DNA of 59,764 nucleotides, the filler included. It is 4 parts of 4 records of this genome, joined end to end, with 100 filler letters (N's around TTAATTAATTAA, not from the genome) between each part and the next. Parts side by side here need not be neighbours in the genome. Positions count along the whole stretch, not along the records: positions 49,272 to 59,764 come from SRR31156797_3596; 3 more parts are not named here. One strand, given 5' to 3'. The number at the start of each line of letters is the position of its first letter. The first letter of the stretch is position 1. A program made the translations under genes and the position numbers. Below the pieces are notes generated by a model, which was not told the DNA's origin, did not search any database, and saw nothing but the letters and a program-made list of their open reading frames with translations. This document shows positions 57,323 to 59,764 of this stretch, one piece after another.

Positions 57323-58390
57323 TTACTCTTTCGGACCTGCTTCGTCAACCTTCTCGTCAACGTTCGCGTCTGGGTCTTCTTTGATGCCGAGGTGGATGAG
57401 TAGTTTCTCTTCAATCTGCTGGCGCAGTTCCGGGGTTTCAGCAAGGAATTGACGTACGTTTTCCTTGCCTTGCCCAAGGCGTTCAGAACCAAATGCGTAC
57501 CATGCGCCGGATTTGTCCACGATGTTGTGGTCAACTCCGAGGTCAAGCAATTCGCCTTCGCGGGACATGCCTGTTCCATAAAGGATATCGACAAGTGCTT
57601 CGCGGAAGGGCGGTGCTACTTTGTTTTTTACGACCTTGATTCTGGTGCGGGAACCGAAAACTTCATCTTTATCTTTAAGTGTCTGAATCCTACGGATATC
57701 AAGACGTACAGAAGAATAAAATTTCAGGGCGTTACCACCGGAAGTTGTTTCGGGGCTACCGTATCCGGTCATACCGATCTTCATGCGGATCTGGTTAATG
57801 AACAGGACTACTGCTTTGGATTTATGGATAGTACCGGTCAGCTTTCTCAGGGCATGAGACATAAGTCTTGCCTGTCCGCCAACCTGAGTTTCGCCCATGT
57901 TTCCTTCGAGTTCGGCCTGTGGGGTAAGTGCTGCTACGGAGTCGATAATAACAATATCAACTGCGCCGGAGCGGACCAGCAAGTCAGTGATTTCAAGGGC
58001 CTGTTCGCCATAATCCGGCTGAGAAATGAGCAGTTCGTCGGTGTTTACTCCGAGGCGTTTGGCGTATTTCACGTCGAGCGCGTGTTCAGCATCAACGAAT
58101 GCGGCTGTTCCGCCCGCTTTCTGACATTCTGCGATTACGTGCAGGGCCAGAGTTGTTTTACCGGAAGATTCAGGGCCGTATACTTCAGTAATTCTGCCTT
58201 TGGGGATGCCGCCGATGCCCAGAGCCATATCCAGACTGATGGACCCGGTGGGAATCACGGGAATATTGTGTGAGGCATCGGAGTCAAGGCGCATTATGGA
58301 GCCCTTACCGAACTTGCGTTCGATGGTGGTCAGGGCTGTGCTTAAGGCTGCCTTGCGGAGTTCTTCGGGATTTGCGTTTTTCTTGCTCAT
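57323..58390 (-). CDS. recA: Recombinase A
   Basis: [46 protein letters not shown]. Confidence 0.98.
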   Translation of the reverse strand: MSKKNANPEELRKAALSTALTTIERKFGKGSIMRLDSDASHNIPVIPTGSISLDMALGIGGIPKGRITEVYGPESSGKTTLALHVIAECQKAGGTAAFVDAEHALDVKYAKRLGVNTDELLISQPDYGEQALEITDLLVRSGAVDIVIIDSVAALTPQAELEGNMGETQVGGQARLMSHALRKLTGTIHKSKAVVLFINQIRMKIGMTGYGSPETTSGGNALKFYSSVRLDIRRIQTLKDKDEVFGSRTRIKVVKNKVAPPFREALVDILYGTGMSREGELLDLGVDHNIVDKSGAWYAFGSERLGQGKENVRQFLAETPELRQQIEEKLLIHLGIKEDPDANVDEKVDEAGPKE

Positions 58391-58431
58391 TTTTTCTCCA
58401 TATAATGTTGGACGTTCAACGTATCCTGTTC

Positions 58432-58569
58432 TTATTCATTGTCACATGTGCAAGGCCGGTGTCGGGAGCATCTATAATATAATGCTGCAACACCTGCATC
58501 CGGGATGCGTTTATCGTCCTCTTGCCAGACTGTTCCGAATTTTCGACACAGCGGGCAAGTGATTCCCAT
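58432..58569 (-). CDS. Putative 45-aa zinc-ribbon protein (CPLC…[10 protein letters not shown])
   Basis: [54 protein letters not shown]-like run upstream; fills the gap before recA. Confidence 0.45.
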   Translation of the reverse strand: MGITCPLCRKFGTVWQEDDKRIPDAGVAALYYRCSRHRPCTCDNE

Positions 58570-58651
58570 ATCAAACCCCCATTGATAATGCAATTGATTC
58601 GGGGGTACGGATTTTGTTGCGGTTTCCAGAAAATGAAGGTACAGCCGCCCC

Positions 58652-59704
58652 ATGAACAAACAATATGACGCTTTGGCCCTGTTTTCCGGGGGGCTCGACA
58701 GTATACTGGCCTGCAAGGTTATTCAGGATCAGGGACTCAAGGTTCTTGGTCTGCATTTTGTTACGCCTTTTTTCGGTAATCCCGAGAAGATAGAACACTG
58801 GCAGGAAGTCTACGGGGTGGAAATCATGACCGTGGATATCAGCGAAAAATATATTCAGATGATGCTCGACGTGCCTGATCACGGTATGGGTAAGCTGGTC
58901 AATCCCTGCGTGGATTGCAAGATTATGATGATCAGCCATGCCAAAACTCTCATGGAAGGGTACGGGGCGAAATTTCTCATTTCCGGAGAAGTGACCGGAC
59001 AGCGACCCATGTCCCAGCGTCCGCCTACTCTCAATGCCATCCGCAACTGTTCGGAAACAGGTGACATCCTGCTCCGCCCGCTCTGTGCTCAGTCACAGCC
59101 CGAGACCGCTGTAGAAAAATCAGGTTTGGTTGATCGCGAGAAATTGCCCAATATTTTCGGGCGAGGTCGCAAAGTCCAGCTTCAGATGGCAAAAGATTTC
59201 GGTTTTTCTGAAATTCCCACTCCCGCAGGCGGCTGTAAGCTTACCGAGCAGGAGAATGCAGCCCGTTATTTCCCGCTTTTGCAGCGACTCACAGAAGCTG
59301 ACGCGAATTCCTTCCAGCTGGCAACCACCGGACGTCAGTTCTGGTCCGGAAACAAGATGCTCGTGGTCGGGCGTAACCGCAACGATAACGAGCGCATCGA
59401 AGACCTTTACGAAGGTGAAGATTATCTCTTCGAAGTACGCGGTTTTCCCGGTCCTTTGAGCATTGGGCGTGCTTTTTGTGATGAAGAATGGACGCAGCAG
59501 GAAGTGCTCGACGCGGCTGCCATGACCGCATCTTTCTCGCCCAAGGCTGTTAAGTCCGGCGAGGAAATCCACGTAGCTGTAATCGGTCCTGAAGGGGAGA
59601 TGATCGTAAAAGTTATGCCCAACCGCGAAACTTCCTATGTGCGTCCGACACTCGACGGATTGAAAGAATGGAAGAAAGAACGCGGGGAAGCAAAAGAGGC
59701 GTAA
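58652..59704 (+). CDS. PP-loop tRNA sulfurtransferase-like protein (ThiI/MnmA-like, DUF814-like C-terminus)
   Basis: ALFSGGLDSILA, NPCVDCKIMM, GEVTGQRPMSQ, LRPLCA, PTPAGGCKLT, VVGRN. Confidence 0.85.
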   Translation: MNKQYDALALFSGGLDSILACKVIQDQGLKVLGLHFVTPFFGNPEKIEHWQEVYGVEIMTVDISEKYIQMMLDVPDHGMGKLVNPCVDCKIMMISHAKTLMEGYGAKFLISGEVTGQRPMSQRPPTLNAIRNCSETGDILLRPLCAQSQPETAVEKSGLVDREKLPNIFGRGRKVQLQMAKDFGFSEIPTPAGGCKLTEQENAARYFPLLQRLTEADANSFQLATTGRQFWSGNKMLVVGRNRNDNERIEDLYEGEDYLFEVRGFPGPLSIGRAFCDEEWTQQEVLDAAAMTASFSPKAVKSGEEIHVAVIGPEGEMIVKVMPNRETSYVRPTLDGLKEWKKERGEAKEA

Positions 59705-59708
59705 GAAT

Positions 59709-59764
59709 GCCTCCGGCGGGTCTACCGACGGTCACTCCGGGGGCCAAAGAACCCTTTGGAAAGG
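59709..59764 (+). repeat. Interspersed repeat (GCCTCCGGCGG…GGCCAAAG…) truncated at window end
   Basis: Shares motifs with the inverted copy at 49279-49296; lies just after a stop codon. Confidence 0.55.

Noticed and set aside
57449-58273. 274-aa ORF antisense to recA (similarly those opposite rpsI, rplM, the kinase and radical SAM genes)
   Set aside because: Fully overlap well-supported genes on the other strand and show no domain signal
58407-58420. GTTGGACGTTCAAC upstream of recA as a LexA box
   Set aside because: Imperfect palindrome matching no SOS box I can name; no second copy in the contig
1-59764. CRISPR arrays, tRNA/rRNA genes, prophage or recognised defence systems
   Set aside because: No regularly spaced repeats, RNA gene signatures or phage genes seen; the SWIM-SNF2 gene stands alone without defence partners

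Overview
The window is not one locus. It is four unrelated contigs joined by artificial 100-nt linkers (N-run/TTAATTAATTAA/N-run) at 7654-7753, 38130-38229 and 49172-49271. Contig A (1-7653, mid GC, probably Desulfobacterota-like) carries an ECF sigma factor with a Cys-rich tail, a PLP decarboxylase with a divergent MocR regulator, an SDR, a secreted transglutaminase-like protein and a DUF2975/HTH pair. Contig B (7754-38129, AT-rich Bacteroidota) carries a ~22 kb SusC/SusD locus that interleaves GH43, GH127 and GH146-like beta-L-arabinofuranosidases with four or five peptidase-fold genes, followed by crp/fnr, ppnP, eutBC and an acetylesterase. Contig C (38230-49171, very AT-rich, Fusobacteriota/Bacillota-like) carries a RAYT remnant, two metal ABC permeases, NUDIX, Crp-like, a degenerate SRAP-dinB operon, a hypothetical gene with a long structured leader, a small sigma28-type gene and a SWIM-SNF2 helicase. 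Contig D (49272-59764, Desulfovibrionaceae-like) carries radical SAM, a histidine kinase, EAL-HDOD, rpsI, rplM, alaS, recA and a tRNA sulfurtransferase-like gene. Best novelty candidates: (1) a putative arabinosylated (hydroxyproline-rich) glycoprotein utilisation locus with an active and a catalytically dead zincin paralogue and an in-frame deletion scar of a second susC operon; (2) a SRAP/HMCES homologue lacking the catalytic Cys, co-transcribed with DNA pol IV under a palindromic operator; (3) an unassigned ~250-nt structured RNA leader; (4) an overlooked 45-aa zinc-ribbon ORF upstream of recA. All family and taxon calls come from motifs recognised by eye; no database searches or folding programs were run.
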